DNA from: Archangium sp. | GTDB taxonomy: Bacteria > Myxococcota > Myxococcia > Myxococcales > Myxococcaceae | Reading direction: 5' to 3' | Assembly (NCBI RefSeq): GCF_031412795.1 | Contig: NZ_JANODR010000017.1 | Coordinates: 128,001 to 145,935, forward strand | DNA: 17,935 nt | In this document: in pieces, positions 6,696 to 15,036 of the stretch | How positions within the stretch are numbered: the first letter of the stretch is position 1 | Layout: each line of letters starts with the position of its first letter | Notes under the pieces: generated by a model | What the model was told of the DNA's origin: nothing | Databases searched by the model: none | The model's input: only the letters and a program-made list of their open reading frames with translations | Program-made: the position numbers and the translations under genes

Positions 6696-8558
6696 ATGGT
6701 TCAGGTTCTGCGGAGAGGACTCGTCGCTGGCGTGGATGCGTTCCTGCCCCCCCAGCAGCGTCGGCTGCCACCCGAGGAGCTCAGCCAGTACCGGGTGCTG
6801 GTGGGCACGGCGTTGAGCATGATGGTGCTCAACCTCGTCTTCTGGATCAACCTCAGGTTCTCCTCCATCCAAGGGGCCCGGGAGATTGCCTTCGTGGCCA
6901 TCGCGGCGGCGACCAGCTATGCCCTGGTGGTGGCCCTGGTGCGCTGGACACGCTCGTTCCGGATTCCGGCCCTGATGGTGTGTGTCTTCCTGACGGGCGC
7001 CTTCCTGGTGGCAACCCTCGTCTCGGATGACCTGCGAGTTCCCACGCATGCGACCGGCATGCTGGTTCCGCTGCTGGCGGTCTACCTGTTGGGGGGGCGC
7101 CTGGGCTTCATCTTCACCGCCATTGTCTGCCTCGGTGTGGGGCTCTTCCACCAGCTCTACCACTCGGGCTTCGGTTCGAAGTGGCCTGTCTTCGCCAACA
7201 CGGAAGCCTGGGTGAGCAATGTCTCCTCGGTGGTGGCCTTGCTGATGGGGGCGGGGCTGTTCTGGCTGCACAGCTCCTCACGGGAGAACGCTCACTCCGC
7301 GTTGAGGCACGCGCTGGAGACGCTGCGCGAGAGCGAGGGCAAGCTGAGCAGCCTCATCGAGAGCACGGACGACTTCGTGATGTCGCTGGACACGGAGGGC
7401 CGTCGGGTCGCCGCCAACCAGCCGGTGCGGCGGCTGATCTCCAGGCTCACCGGCGCCGAGCCGCCACCCGGTGCACCGCTCTTTTCGGCCGAGCCTCCGG
7501 CGCCCTGGTCGGAGTTGCGGGTGCTCTTCCAGCAGGCGTTGGCCGGTCAGCGGGGCCGCACCGAGGTGGAGTTCCACCTGGACGGCCGCCTGTGGACGGT
7601 GGAGACCCTGGCCAGTCCCGTGCTGAGCGAGGAGGGGAGGGTGGTGGGGGTGACGTTCTTCGGGCGGGACATCTCCGCGCGCAAGCAGGCCGAGGCGCGG
7701 CTGACCGAGCTGCACCGCAACCTGCTGGACGTCTCGCGCCACGCGGGCATGGCGGAGGTGGCCACGGGGGTGCTGCACAACGTGGGCAATACCCTCAACA
7801 GTGTGAACGTGTCGGTGGGGCTGGTGAACGAGCGCCTGCGCGGCTCGCGCGTGTTGGGGCTGGCCCGCGCCATGGAGCTGATGAAGGAGCGCCTGCCGTC
7901 CCTGGGCACCTTCTTCACCGAGGACGAGCGGGGGCAGCGGCTCCCCTCCTATCTCATCGCCGTCACCGATCAGCTCGTGCAGGAGCGCGAGGCCCTGCTC
8001 ACGGAGGTGCAGGCGCTGAGCGACAACGTGGACCACATCAAGTCCGTGGTGAGCATGCAGCAGGAGCATGCGCGCTTCGTGGGCGTGGTGGAGCAGGTGC
8101 GGGTGGCGCAGTTGCTGGATGACGCGTTGAAGCTGCACGCGCTGACCTTCGAGAAGCAGGGCATCCAGGTTCGGCGTGAGTATGCCGAGGTGCCGCCCGT
8201 GCTGATGGATCGGCACAAGCTGTTGCAGATCCTCTTCAACCTGCTGAGCAACGCGCGACAGGCGCTCCAGGAGAGTGGCCGTGCGGACAAGCAGCTCGTC
8301 CTGCGGATGGGCGAGGATGGGGAAGGGGAGCGGCTGCGCATCGAGGTGACGGACAACGGGGTCGGCATCTCTCCGGAGAACCTGCCGCGGCTGTTCACCC
8401 AGGGCTTCACGACGAAGAAGGAGGGACACGGCTTCGGACTGCACACCAGCGCCCTGGCGGCGGCGGAGCTGGGTGGGATGCTCACCTGTAGCAGCCCCGG
8501 GCCGGGCCAGGGTGCCACCTTCCTCGTCGAGCTGCCCGCTCGTCGGAATCACGCCTGA
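6696..8558 (+). CDS. sensor histidine kinase (6-7 TM N-terminal sensor, PAS domain, HisKA and HATPase_c)
   Basis: Several hydrophobic helices occupy residues ~35-230. A PAS-like segment reads SSLIESTDDFVMSLDTEGRRVAAN...LWTVETLASPV. The H-box is GVLHNVGNTLNSV. The N-box is LLQILFNLLSNARQA. G1 is VTDNGVGI and G2 is GHGFGL. No receiver domain or adjacent response regulator is present. Confidence 0.88.
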   Translation: MVQVLRRGLVAGVDAFLPPQQRRLPPEELSQYRVLVGTALSMMVLNLVFWINLRFSSIQGAREIAFVAIAAATSYALVVALVRWTRSFRIPALMVCVFLTGAFLVATLVSDDLRVPTHATGMLVPLLAVYLLGGRLGFIFTAIVCLGVGLFHQLYHSGFGSKWPVFANTEAWVSNVSSVVALLMGAGLFWLHSSSRENAHSALRHALETLRESEGKLSSLIESTDDFVMSLDTEGRRVAANQPVRRLISRLTGAEPPPGAPLFSAEPPAPWSELRVLFQQALAGQRGRTEVEFHLDGRLWTVETLASPVLSEEGRVVGVTFFGRDISARKQAEARLTELHRNLLDVSRHAGMAEVATGVLHNVGNTLNSVNVSVGLVNERLRGSRVLGLARAMELMKERLPSLGTFFTEDERGQRLPSYLIAVTDQLVQEREALLTEVQALSDNVDHIKSVVSMQQEHARFVGVVEQVRVAQLLDDALKLHALTFEKQGIQVRREYAEVPPVLMDRHKLLQILFNLLSNARQALQESGRADKQLVLRMGEDGEGERLRIEVTDNGVGISPENLPRLFTQGFTTKKEGHGFGLHTSALAAAELGGMLTCSSPGPGQGATFLVELPARRNHA

Positions 8559-8606
8559 CCGGGTCGGCTTGTTCGGGGGGCGCGAGTTCTGTTAACGCTT
8601 CGTCGC

Positions 8607-9680
8607 ATGATTGCTCCGACTCCCTCCTCGAGCGGCTCCTGGCCCGGACGCATCCTCGAAGGACCTGCCGCGTGGCGCGGCGCGGAACTCGCCCGAGGCG
8701 AGACGTGGCTCCATCGCTTCTCCTCCGAGGAGCTGGCCGAGCTGGAGCGGGCGCTCGCCGGAGTCCGGGGGCTGCCCCGTCCCGTGCTCGACGTCACCCG
8801 GGAGAACTTCGTCCTGCCCACGCTGGCCTCGACCCTGGCGCGGGTGAAGCACGAGCTGCTGCGCGGCCGGGGCTTCATCCTCTTCCGGGGCCTGCCGGCG
8901 GAGCGCTACTCGCTGACGGAGCTGGCCACGCTGTTCTGGGGGCTCGGCACCCACCTGGGGACGGCCGTGTCGCAGAATGGCCAGGGGCACGTGCTCGGAC
9001 ACGTGAGGGATCTGGGCTACGACGCCAACAATCCCAGCACGCGCCTCTACCAGACGAACCAGCGGCAGGGGTACCACACGGACTCGGCGGACCTCGTGGG
9101 CCTGCTCTGCATCCGTCCCGCCATGCGCGGCGGGCTCAGCAGCCTCGCCAGCACGGTGACCGTCTACAACGAGCTGTACCGGCGCCGGCCGGACCTCGCC
9201 CGCGTCATGTTCGAGCCCTTCCACACGGACCACCGCAACGAGTACCGGCCGGGCCACGAACCCTACTTCTCCATCCCGGTGCTCAACTTCCACGCGGGTG
9301 AGCTCACGGGCATCTACCAGCGCCGCTACATCGAGTCCGCCCAGCGCTTCCCCGAGGCGCCCCGGCTGACGGCCCAACAGGTGGAGGCGTTGGACTTGTT
9401 CGACGCCCTGCTCGATGACCCCGAGCTGCACCTGGAGATGAGGCTCGAGCCCGGGGACATGCAGTTCATCCACAACCATCAGATCCTCCACGACCGGACA
9501 GCCTTCGAGGACTGGCCGGAGCCCGAGCGCCGACGGCACCTGCTGCGGCTGTGGCTGTGCCCGCCGGATGGCCGTCCGTTGCCACCCATCTTCACCGAGC
9601 GCTACGGCAGCGTGGAGGTGGGACGGCGCGGCGGTGTCCACGTCCCCCCCAGCGAGCTCAAGGCCCCCCTGGACGCATGA
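8607..9680 (+). CDS. TauD/TfdA-family Fe(II)/2-oxoglutarate-dependent dioxygenase
   Basis: The HxD iron ligands lie in QGYHTDSADLVGLL. A distal His lies in IHNHQILHDRTAF, and the C-terminal ...HLLRLWL supplies the 2OG-binding Arg. Length and pattern fit the taurine-dioxygenase/clavaminate-synthase-like superfamily. The stop overlaps the next gene's ATG as ATGA. Confidence 0.82.
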   Translation: MIAPTPSSSGSWPGRILEGPAAWRGAELARGETWLHRFSSEELAELERALAGVRGLPRPVLDVTRENFVLPTLASTLARVKHELLRGRGFILFRGLPAERYSLTELATLFWGLGTHLGTAVSQNGQGHVLGHVRDLGYDANNPSTRLYQTNQRQGYHTDSADLVGLLCIRPAMRGGLSSLASTVTVYNELYRRRPDLARVMFEPFHTDHRNEYRPGHEPYFSIPVLNFHAGELTGIYQRRYIESAQRFPEAPRLTAQQVEALDLFDALLDDPELHLEMRLEPGDMQFIHNHQILHDRTAFEDWPEPERRRHLLRLWLCPPDGRPLPPIFTERYGSVEVGRRGGVHVPPSELKAPLDA

Positions 9681-10996
9681 GTGACCAGGCCCAGCGCACG
9701 CGAGCTATCGGACTCGGGGCGCTGCTCGCGCTCGCGGTGAATGGGGTGATTGGCTCCGCCATCTTCGCGCTCCCCGCGCAGGTGGCGAGGCTGTTCGGCG
9801 GTGCCGCCCCGGTGTCCTACTTCGGGGCGGCGGTGGTGACGTTGACCATCGTGCTGTGCTTCGCGGAGCTGGGGAGCCGCTTCGAGCGGGAAGGGGGCCC
9901 GTACCTCTACGCGCGAGAGGCCTTCGGACCCTTCATCGGCTTCCAGGCCGGTTGGCTCTTCGCCCTCAGCCGGCTGGCATCGGTCGCGGCCATCTCCAAC
10001 GCCAGCGCCGCCTATGCCGGCCACCTCGTTCCCTGGCTGGCCACGCCGCTGGGGCGGATGCTGTACATCTCGGTCACCCTGCTCGCGCTCATGCTCCTCA
10101 ACCTGCGAGGGGTCCGCCAGGGGGCGCTCGCCGTGGTGCTGCTGGCCATTGGCAAGCTCCTGCCGCTGGGCCTGTTCGTGGGGGCCGGGCTGTATGCGGT
10201 GCCGGCCACGGGGCTCGGCCCGGTGGTCCTGCCGTCCCTGGAGGGCGCCGGGGAGGCCGCGCTGCTGCTCGTCTTCGCCTTCGGTGGCTTCGAGACGGCG
10301 AGCATCCCGACCGAGGAGATGGTGTCCCCGCGCCGGCACCTGCCGGTGGCGCTCGTCTCCTCCCTGGTCATCACCACGGTGGTGTACGCCTCCATCCAGC
10401 TCGTCGCCCAGCGCGCGGTGCCGGACCTGGCGCAATCTCCGGCCCCGCTGGCCACGGCGGCCGCCGTGTTCCTCGGTGCACCTGGAGCCCTCCTCATCAC
10501 CCTCGGCGCGGTGGTCTCCACCCTGGGCACCACCAGCGGCAACCTGCTCGTCGCGCCTCGGCTGCTGCACGCCCTCGCCACCCACGGCCAGCTGCCGCGT
10601 GCGCTGGGCCGGCTGCACCCTCGCTTCCAGACGCCGCACGTGGCACTGCTCCTCTTCTCTGGGTGTGCCTGGGCCCTGGCCCTCTCGTCCAACTTCGGAG
10701 CGCTCGCGGCCGCGAGCTCCATGGGCCGACTGCTGGTCTTCGCCACCAGCTGCGCGGCGGTGCTGGTGCTGCGCCGCCAGCCGGCCGCGAACGCGGAGCG
10801 GGTCTTCACCGTTCCCGGCGGCGTGGCCGTGCCAGGGTTCGCGGCCGCCCTGTGCCTGCTGCTGCTCGCCGGGTGTACGCGCCCCCAGCTGCTCGCCACC
10901 GCCACGGCGGTGGGGGTGGGCGCGCTCCTCTATACCGTGGCCCGGGCCCTGGCCGCTCGGAGCGCGGCGGAGGCCCGGAGCCCCACGGGGCCCTGA
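9677..10996 (+). CDS. APC-superfamily amino-acid/polyamine permease
   Basis: MSDQAQRTRAIGLGALLALAVNGVIGSAIFALPAQVA... carries the TM1 GxG motif. About 12 predicted TM helices follow. The 5' part of the ORF-track frame (9551-9676) lies inside the dioxygenase gene and is rejected. Confidence 0.87.
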   Translation: MSDQAQRTRAIGLGALLALAVNGVIGSAIFALPAQVARLFGGAAPVSYFGAAVVTLTIVLCFAELGSRFEREGGPYLYAREAFGPFIGFQAGWLFALSRLASVAAISNASAAYAGHLVPWLATPLGRMLYISVTLLALMLLNLRGVRQGALAVVLLAIGKLLPLGLFVGAGLYAVPATGLGPVVLPSLEGAGEAALLLVFAFGGFETASIPTEEMVSPRRHLPVALVSSLVITTVVYASIQLVAQRAVPDLAQSPAPLATAAAVFLGAPGALLITLGAVVSTLGTTSGNLLVAPRLLHALATHGQLPRALGRLHPRFQTPHVALLLFSGCAWALALSSNFGALAAASSMGRLLVFATSCAAVLVLRRQPAANAERVFTVPGGVAVPGFAAALCLLLLAGCTRPQLLATATAVGVGALLYTVARALAARSAAEARSPTGP

Positions 10997-10997
10997 C

Positions 10998-13538
10998 TCA
11001 GCCCTGCAACTCCCGCAGCGTCACCGAGGGGGGCGCATCCAGCACGCGCCGGGTGGCGAACATGCCCGCGGCCATCGCCGCCAGCATCCCCAGCCCTCCA
11101 CCGACGAGCACCAGTCGCCAGTCCGCCTGCCACGGCAGGCTGAAGACCTGCGTGGCGATGACCCCGGCCAGGGCGGAGGCGGCGCACGCGGCGGTGAGGC
11201 CCGACAGCAGGCCGATGGCGGCGAACTCCGAGGCCTGCGCGAGCCGCAGCTGGCGGCGGCTGCCACCGAGCACCCGCATGACGCCTCCTTCCAACAGGCG
11301 CTCGTCCTGGCTGGCGCTGACGGCGGCCATCAGCACCAGCACGCCCGCGAGCAGCGAGAAGTAGAAGACCACCTCCACCACGGTGGAGACCTGGTCCGCG
11401 GTGCCGCGCACCTGCTTGAGCAGTGCATCGACATCCACCACCGAGAGGTTGGGAAAGCGGGACACCAGCTCCGCGGTGAAGCGCGTGCGCTCGGAGGGCA
11501 CGTGCATGGCGGTGATGTAGCTGGCCGCGTAGCCCTTGAGGGAGCCCGGGGAGGCCAGCACGATGAAGTTGGGTCGGAAGCTCTCCCACTCCACCTTGCG
11601 CAGGCTGGTGATGGTGCCCTCGAGCCGCTGGCCAGCGATGTCGAAGGCCACGCTGTCACCGAGCTTCCACTTCATCGAGGCGGCGAAGTTCTCCTCCACC
11701 GACAGCTCCGGCTTCTCCGGGCCCTGCTTGCTCCAGAAGGTGCCCGAGGTGACGCGGTTGTCGTCACGAAGCGTGTCGGCCGTGGAGAGGTTGTACTCGC
11801 GGTCCGCGCGCCACTGCCTGCGACGCTCCTCCTCGGCACCAGCGACACCCTCACCCTCGGCGGGCGGTGGCGGCGCCTTCACCGGCTCGCCGTTGTGCCC
11901 CACCAGCCGGCCGCGCACCATGGGGAAGAGGTCCGGCGCGGGCAACCCCTGCTCGGCCATGTACGCACGCACCGGCTCGACCTGATCCTCCTGCACGTTG
12001 ATGATGAAGCGGTTGGGGGCCTCCTTGGCGAGCGCCACCTGCCAGCGGTCGAGCAGGTCGGTGCGCACGAAGGTGAGCAGCAGCAGCGCCATCAGCCCCA
12101 GGCCGAGCGCCGACACCTGCGCGACGCTGGTGGCCGCCCGGCGGCTCACATTGGCCAGCCCATAGCGCAGGCTCCCACGCAGCCGCGAGCGCAGCCGCCG
12201 CACGACGGCGATGAGCCCCCAGGCCAGCGCGGCCAGCACCCCCAGCGTGGCGAGGATGCCGAGGAGCATCCAGGTGGCCAGCATCGCCGAGCCCGCCTTC
12301 CACCACAGCAGCGCGGCCAGCCCGGCCACGCCCGCGAAGCCCACCAGCCAGGCGGCCGGCTCGGTGCGGTCGAGGTCCCTCCGGAGCACGCGCAGCGCGG
12401 GCACCCGACGCAGCGCGAGGATGGGCGGTGCACCGAAGGTCAGCAGCACCACCAGGCCCACCCCATAGCCCTGCACCGCCGGCACCCAGCTGGCCGCTGG
12501 GATGGACAGCTTCAGCGCCTGGGAGAGCCAGTTGCCCACCAGCCACTGGAGGAGGAAGGCGATCAGGACACCGATGGAGCTCGCGATGAGCCCGAGGAGG
12601 AGCAGCTCGCCCCCGTAGGTGCCCACCAGGGTGCGCTGGCTCGCGCCCAGACACCGCATGACGGCGGTGCTCGACAGCTGCCGCTCGCTATGCCGACGCG
12701 CGGCCATGGCCACGGCCACCGCCGCCAGCACCACCGACACCAGCGCCGCCAGGCTCAGGAAGCGGCCGGCCCGGTCCAGCGCGGAGCGCACTTCTGGACG
12801 TGCGTCCTTCACCGTCTCCAGACGCTGGCCACGCGCGAGCCCCTCGCGCGCCGTGCGCACGAAGCCCTCCACCGCCGTCGACTCTCCGGCGACGACGAGG
12901 CGGTAGCGCAGCCGGCTGCCCTCCTGCACCAGCCCCGTGGCGGGCAGATCGGCGAGGTTGAGGAACACCCGGGGCGCGATGTTGAAGTAGTCGATGGCCG
13001 CATCCGGCTCCTGCACCACCAGCGCGGTGAGCCGCAGCTGCGACTCGCCGACGCCAATCATGTCCCCCAGCCTGGCGTTCAGTGCGTCCGCCCCAGCGCG
13101 GCTCATCCACACGCTGCCCCGCTCGGGGATGCCGGTCGCGTCGCGCTCGGGGCCGTCCACCGTGTCCACGATGCGGAAGCGGCCCCGCAGGGGAAAGCCC
13201 TCTCCGAGCGCCCGGAGATCCCCGAACTTGAGCCGCTCATCATCCGAGTCGCCGACCCGGATCATGCTCTGCATCTCCTGGGTCTCGGTGCTTCGCAGCC
13301 CGGGTGCCCCCGAGGCCTCGCGCACCGTCCCGGCGAAGGGCGTGTCACCGAGCACCACCGCATCACCGCCGAGCAGCCGGTTGGCCTCGAGGGCGAGCGC
13401 GCGCTCGGCGCGGTCGGTGACGAAGCCAATGGCCGTCACCGCAAGTACCGCGAGCACCAGTGAGGCCAGGAGGATCCGGAGATCGCCGGCGGCGAAGTCA
13501 CGGCGCAGCTGGCGCCACGCCAGTTTGAGCAGCCTCAT
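10998..13538 (-). CDS. ybbP: ABC transporter permease, FtsX-like/MacB-type (YbbP homologue)
   Basis: It is 846 aa long and begins MRLLKLAWRQLRRDFAAGDLRILLASLVLAV. It contains two FtsX-like 4-TM modules separated by large extracytoplasmic domains, the same architecture as E. coli YbbP. Its ATG overlaps the ybbA stop as ATGA. Confidence 0.87.
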   Translation of the reverse strand: MRLLKLAWRQLRRDFAAGDLRILLASLVLAVLAVTAIGFVTDRAERALALEANRLLGGDAVVLGDTPFAGTVREASGAPGLRSTETQEMQSMIRVGDSDDERLKFGDLRALGEGFPLRGRFRIVDTVDGPERDATGIPERGSVWMSRAGADALNARLGDMIGVGESQLRLTALVVQEPDAAIDYFNIAPRVFLNLADLPATGLVQEGSRLRYRLVVAGESTAVEGFVRTAREGLARGQRLETVKDARPEVRSALDRAGRFLSLAALVSVVLAAVAVAMAARRHSERQLSSTAVMRCLGASQRTLVGTYGGELLLLGLIASSIGVLIAFLLQWLVGNWLSQALKLSIPAASWVPAVQGYGVGLVVLLTFGAPPILALRRVPALRVLRRDLDRTEPAAWLVGFAGVAGLAALLWWKAGSAMLATWMLLGILATLGVLAALAWGLIAVVRRLRSRLRGSLRYGLANVSRRAATSVAQVSALGLGLMALLLLTFVRTDLLDRWQVALAKEAPNRFIINVQEDQVEPVRAYMAEQGLPAPDLFPMVRGRLVGHNGEPVKAPPPPAEGEGVAGAEEERRRQWRADREYNLSTADTLRDDNRVTSGTFWSKQGPEKPELSVEENFAASMKWKLGDSVAFDIAGQRLEGTITSLRKVEWESFRPNFIVLASPGSLKGYAASYITAMHVPSERTRFTAELVSRFPNLSVVDVDALLKQVRGTADQVSTVVEVVFYFSLLAGVLVLMAAVSASQDERLLEGGVMRVLGGSRRQLRLAQASEFAAIGLLSGLTAACAASALAGVIATQVFSLPWQADWRLVLVGGGLGMLAAMAAGMFATRRVLDAPPSVTLRELQG

Positions 13539-14266
13539 GACGACTGCCTCTCCTCGGCCACCAGGCGGCCGCTGTCGAGCCGCAGCCGCCGTCCACAGCG
13601 GGCCGCGAGGCGCTCGTCATGGGTGACGAGCACCAGGGTGGTTCCCGTCTCCGCGTTGAGGGAGAACAGCAGCTCGACGATGGACTGGCCGGTGCTGGTG
13701 TCGAGGTTGCCGGTGGGCTCGTCGGCGAAGAGCACCGCGGGCCGGGTGACGAAGGCGCGCGCCAGGGCCACGCGCTGCTGCTCTCCGCCCGACAGCTGGC
13801 GAGGGTAGTGGCCGAGCCGCTCGCCCAGCCCCACCTTGCCGAGGATGGCCCGGGCGGGAGTCTCCACGTCCGAGTCTCCGCGCAGCTCGAGCGGGAGCAT
13901 CACGTTCTCCAGCGCCGTCAGCGAGGGCAGCAGCTGGAAGCTCTGGAAGACGAAGCCCACCTTCTCACCGCGCACGCGCGCACGGCCGTCCTCGTCCAGG
14001 GCGGACAGGGGCTCGCCGTCCAGATGCACGCTGCCGGAGCTGGGGATGTCCAGCCCGGCCATCAGCGACAGCAGCGTGCTCTTGCCCGAGCCGGAGGCCC
14101 CGACGATGGCCACGGTGTCGCCATGGGCGATGGAGAAGCCCACCCCCGCGAGGATGGTGAGTGCGCCGGAGGGCAGTGCCACCTGCTTGCCCAGGTCCGA
14201 CACCTGGAGGGCCAACCGCTGCGGGTCGGGGTGGACTTTGATGTGCATCGCGGTGTTGTGGGGCAT
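13535..14266 (-). CDS. ybbA: ABC transporter ATP-binding protein (YbbA homologue, MacB-type ATPase)
   Basis: The Walker A motif is GASGSGKST. The Q-loop is present. The signature is LSGGEQQRVALARA. Walker B is LFADEPTGNLD and the H-loop is VTHD. Length is 243 aa against 228 aa for E. coli YbbA. Confidence 0.9.
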   Translation of the reverse strand: MPHNTAMHIKVHPDPQRLALQVSDLGKQVALPSGALTILAGVGFSIAHGDTVAIVGASGSGKSTLLSLMAGLDIPSSGSVHLDGEPLSALDEDGRARVRGEKVGFVFQSFQLLPSLTALENVMLPLELRGDSDVETPARAILGKVGLGERLGHYPRQLSGGEQQRVALARAFVTRPAVLFADEPTGNLDTSTGQSIVELLFSLNAETGTTLVLVTHDERLAARCGRRLRLDSGRLVAEERQSS

Positions 14267-14291
14267 AGTGGTTCTTCGTTCTGGAGAGTGT

Positions 14292-14306
14292 CTGCTCGCG
14301 GAGCAG
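14292..14306. promoter_or_regulatory. inverted repeat CTGCTC-gcg-GAGCAG in the ybbA / tesA divergent promoter region; candidate operator
   Basis: It is a perfect 6-bp arm palindrome with a 3-nt spacer. It sits centred in the 73-bp intergenic region between the divergent ybbA start (14266) and tesA start (14340). Confidence 0.3.
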
Positions 14307-14339
14307 GCTTGTAACGGCGGCCCGGAGGAGTTTCAGCGA

Positions 14340-15005
14340 ATGAGCCAACAATACATGAGGGAGCGCGCCCGGACCCCCGGTGTGCTCGGTTACCTGGCGC
14401 TGACACTGGCAGTGGGGCTGTTCGCTCTGGCGCGACCCGCCGTGGCGGCCGGGCCCTCGCGGACGGTGCTGGTGATGGGGGACTCGCTGTCGGCCGCCTA
14501 CGGGCTCGCCCCGGAGCAGGGGTGGGTGGCGCTGACGGGCGAGCGTATCGCCCAGCGGATGCCTGGATGGCGGGTGGTGAATGCCAGCGTCAGTGGGGAG
14601 ACCACCGCCGGGGGCGCCTCGCGGATAGAAGGGGAGCTGACGCGCAACCGGCCAGCGGTGGTGGTCATCGCCCTGGGAGGCAATGACGGCCTGCGGGGCC
14701 TGCCGCTCAAGCAGACCCGGGCCAACCTGGACAAGATGGTGAGCGCGGCCAAGGCCGCCGGGGCTCGGGTGCTGCTGGTGGGCATGCGCATGCCGCCCAA
14801 CCTGGGGAAGACCTACACGGAGGGCTTCGCGGCCAACTACCGCACCCTGGCCGAGACGCACCAGGTGGCCCTGCTTCCATTCCTGCTGGAGCCCATCGCG
14901 ATGGACCGCGGCGCCTTCCAGGCCGACAACATCCACCCCGTGGCCGCCGTGCAGCCCAAGCTGCGCGACCACGTCTGGCCCGCGCTGGAGCCGCTGCTGA
15001 AGTGA
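14340..15005 (+). CDS. tesA: SGNH/GDSL hydrolase: acyl-CoA thioesterase I / arylesterase / lysophospholipase L1 (TesA homologue)
   Basis: A signal peptide is present. The GDSL block is VLVMGDSLSAAYG. Block III is ALGGNDGL. The DxxH block is ADNIHPV. A GGAGGAG SD lies 9 nt upstream of the start. The gene is divergent from ybbA-ybbP, as in E. coli. Confidence 0.85.
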   Translation: MSQQYMRERARTPGVLGYLALTLAVGLFALARPAVAAGPSRTVLVMGDSLSAAYGLAPEQGWVALTGERIAQRMPGWRVVNASVSGETTAGGASRIEGELTRNRPAVVVIALGGNDGLRGLPLKQTRANLDKMVSAAKAAGARVLLVGMRMPPNLGKTYTEGFAANYRTLAETHQVALLPFLLEPIAMDRGAFQADNIHPVAAVQPKLRDHVWPALEPLLK

Positions 15006-15036
15006 GCGGGTGCGCCACGCCTGTCAGGAGCCGCGC

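Noticed and set aside
5898-7271. 457-aa version of the DUF1801 ORF
   Set aside because: Only the last ~133 aa (GTG 6296 with GAGGAGGTG SD) are gene-like. The upstream extension runs through the yciI-like gene and into the antisense strand of the kinase gene.
10014-13463. 1149-aa plus-strand ORF antisense to ybbP
   Set aside because: Same artefact. Its translation is dominated by Arg/Pro/Gly/His runs. The minus strand encodes a bona fide FtsX-type permease.
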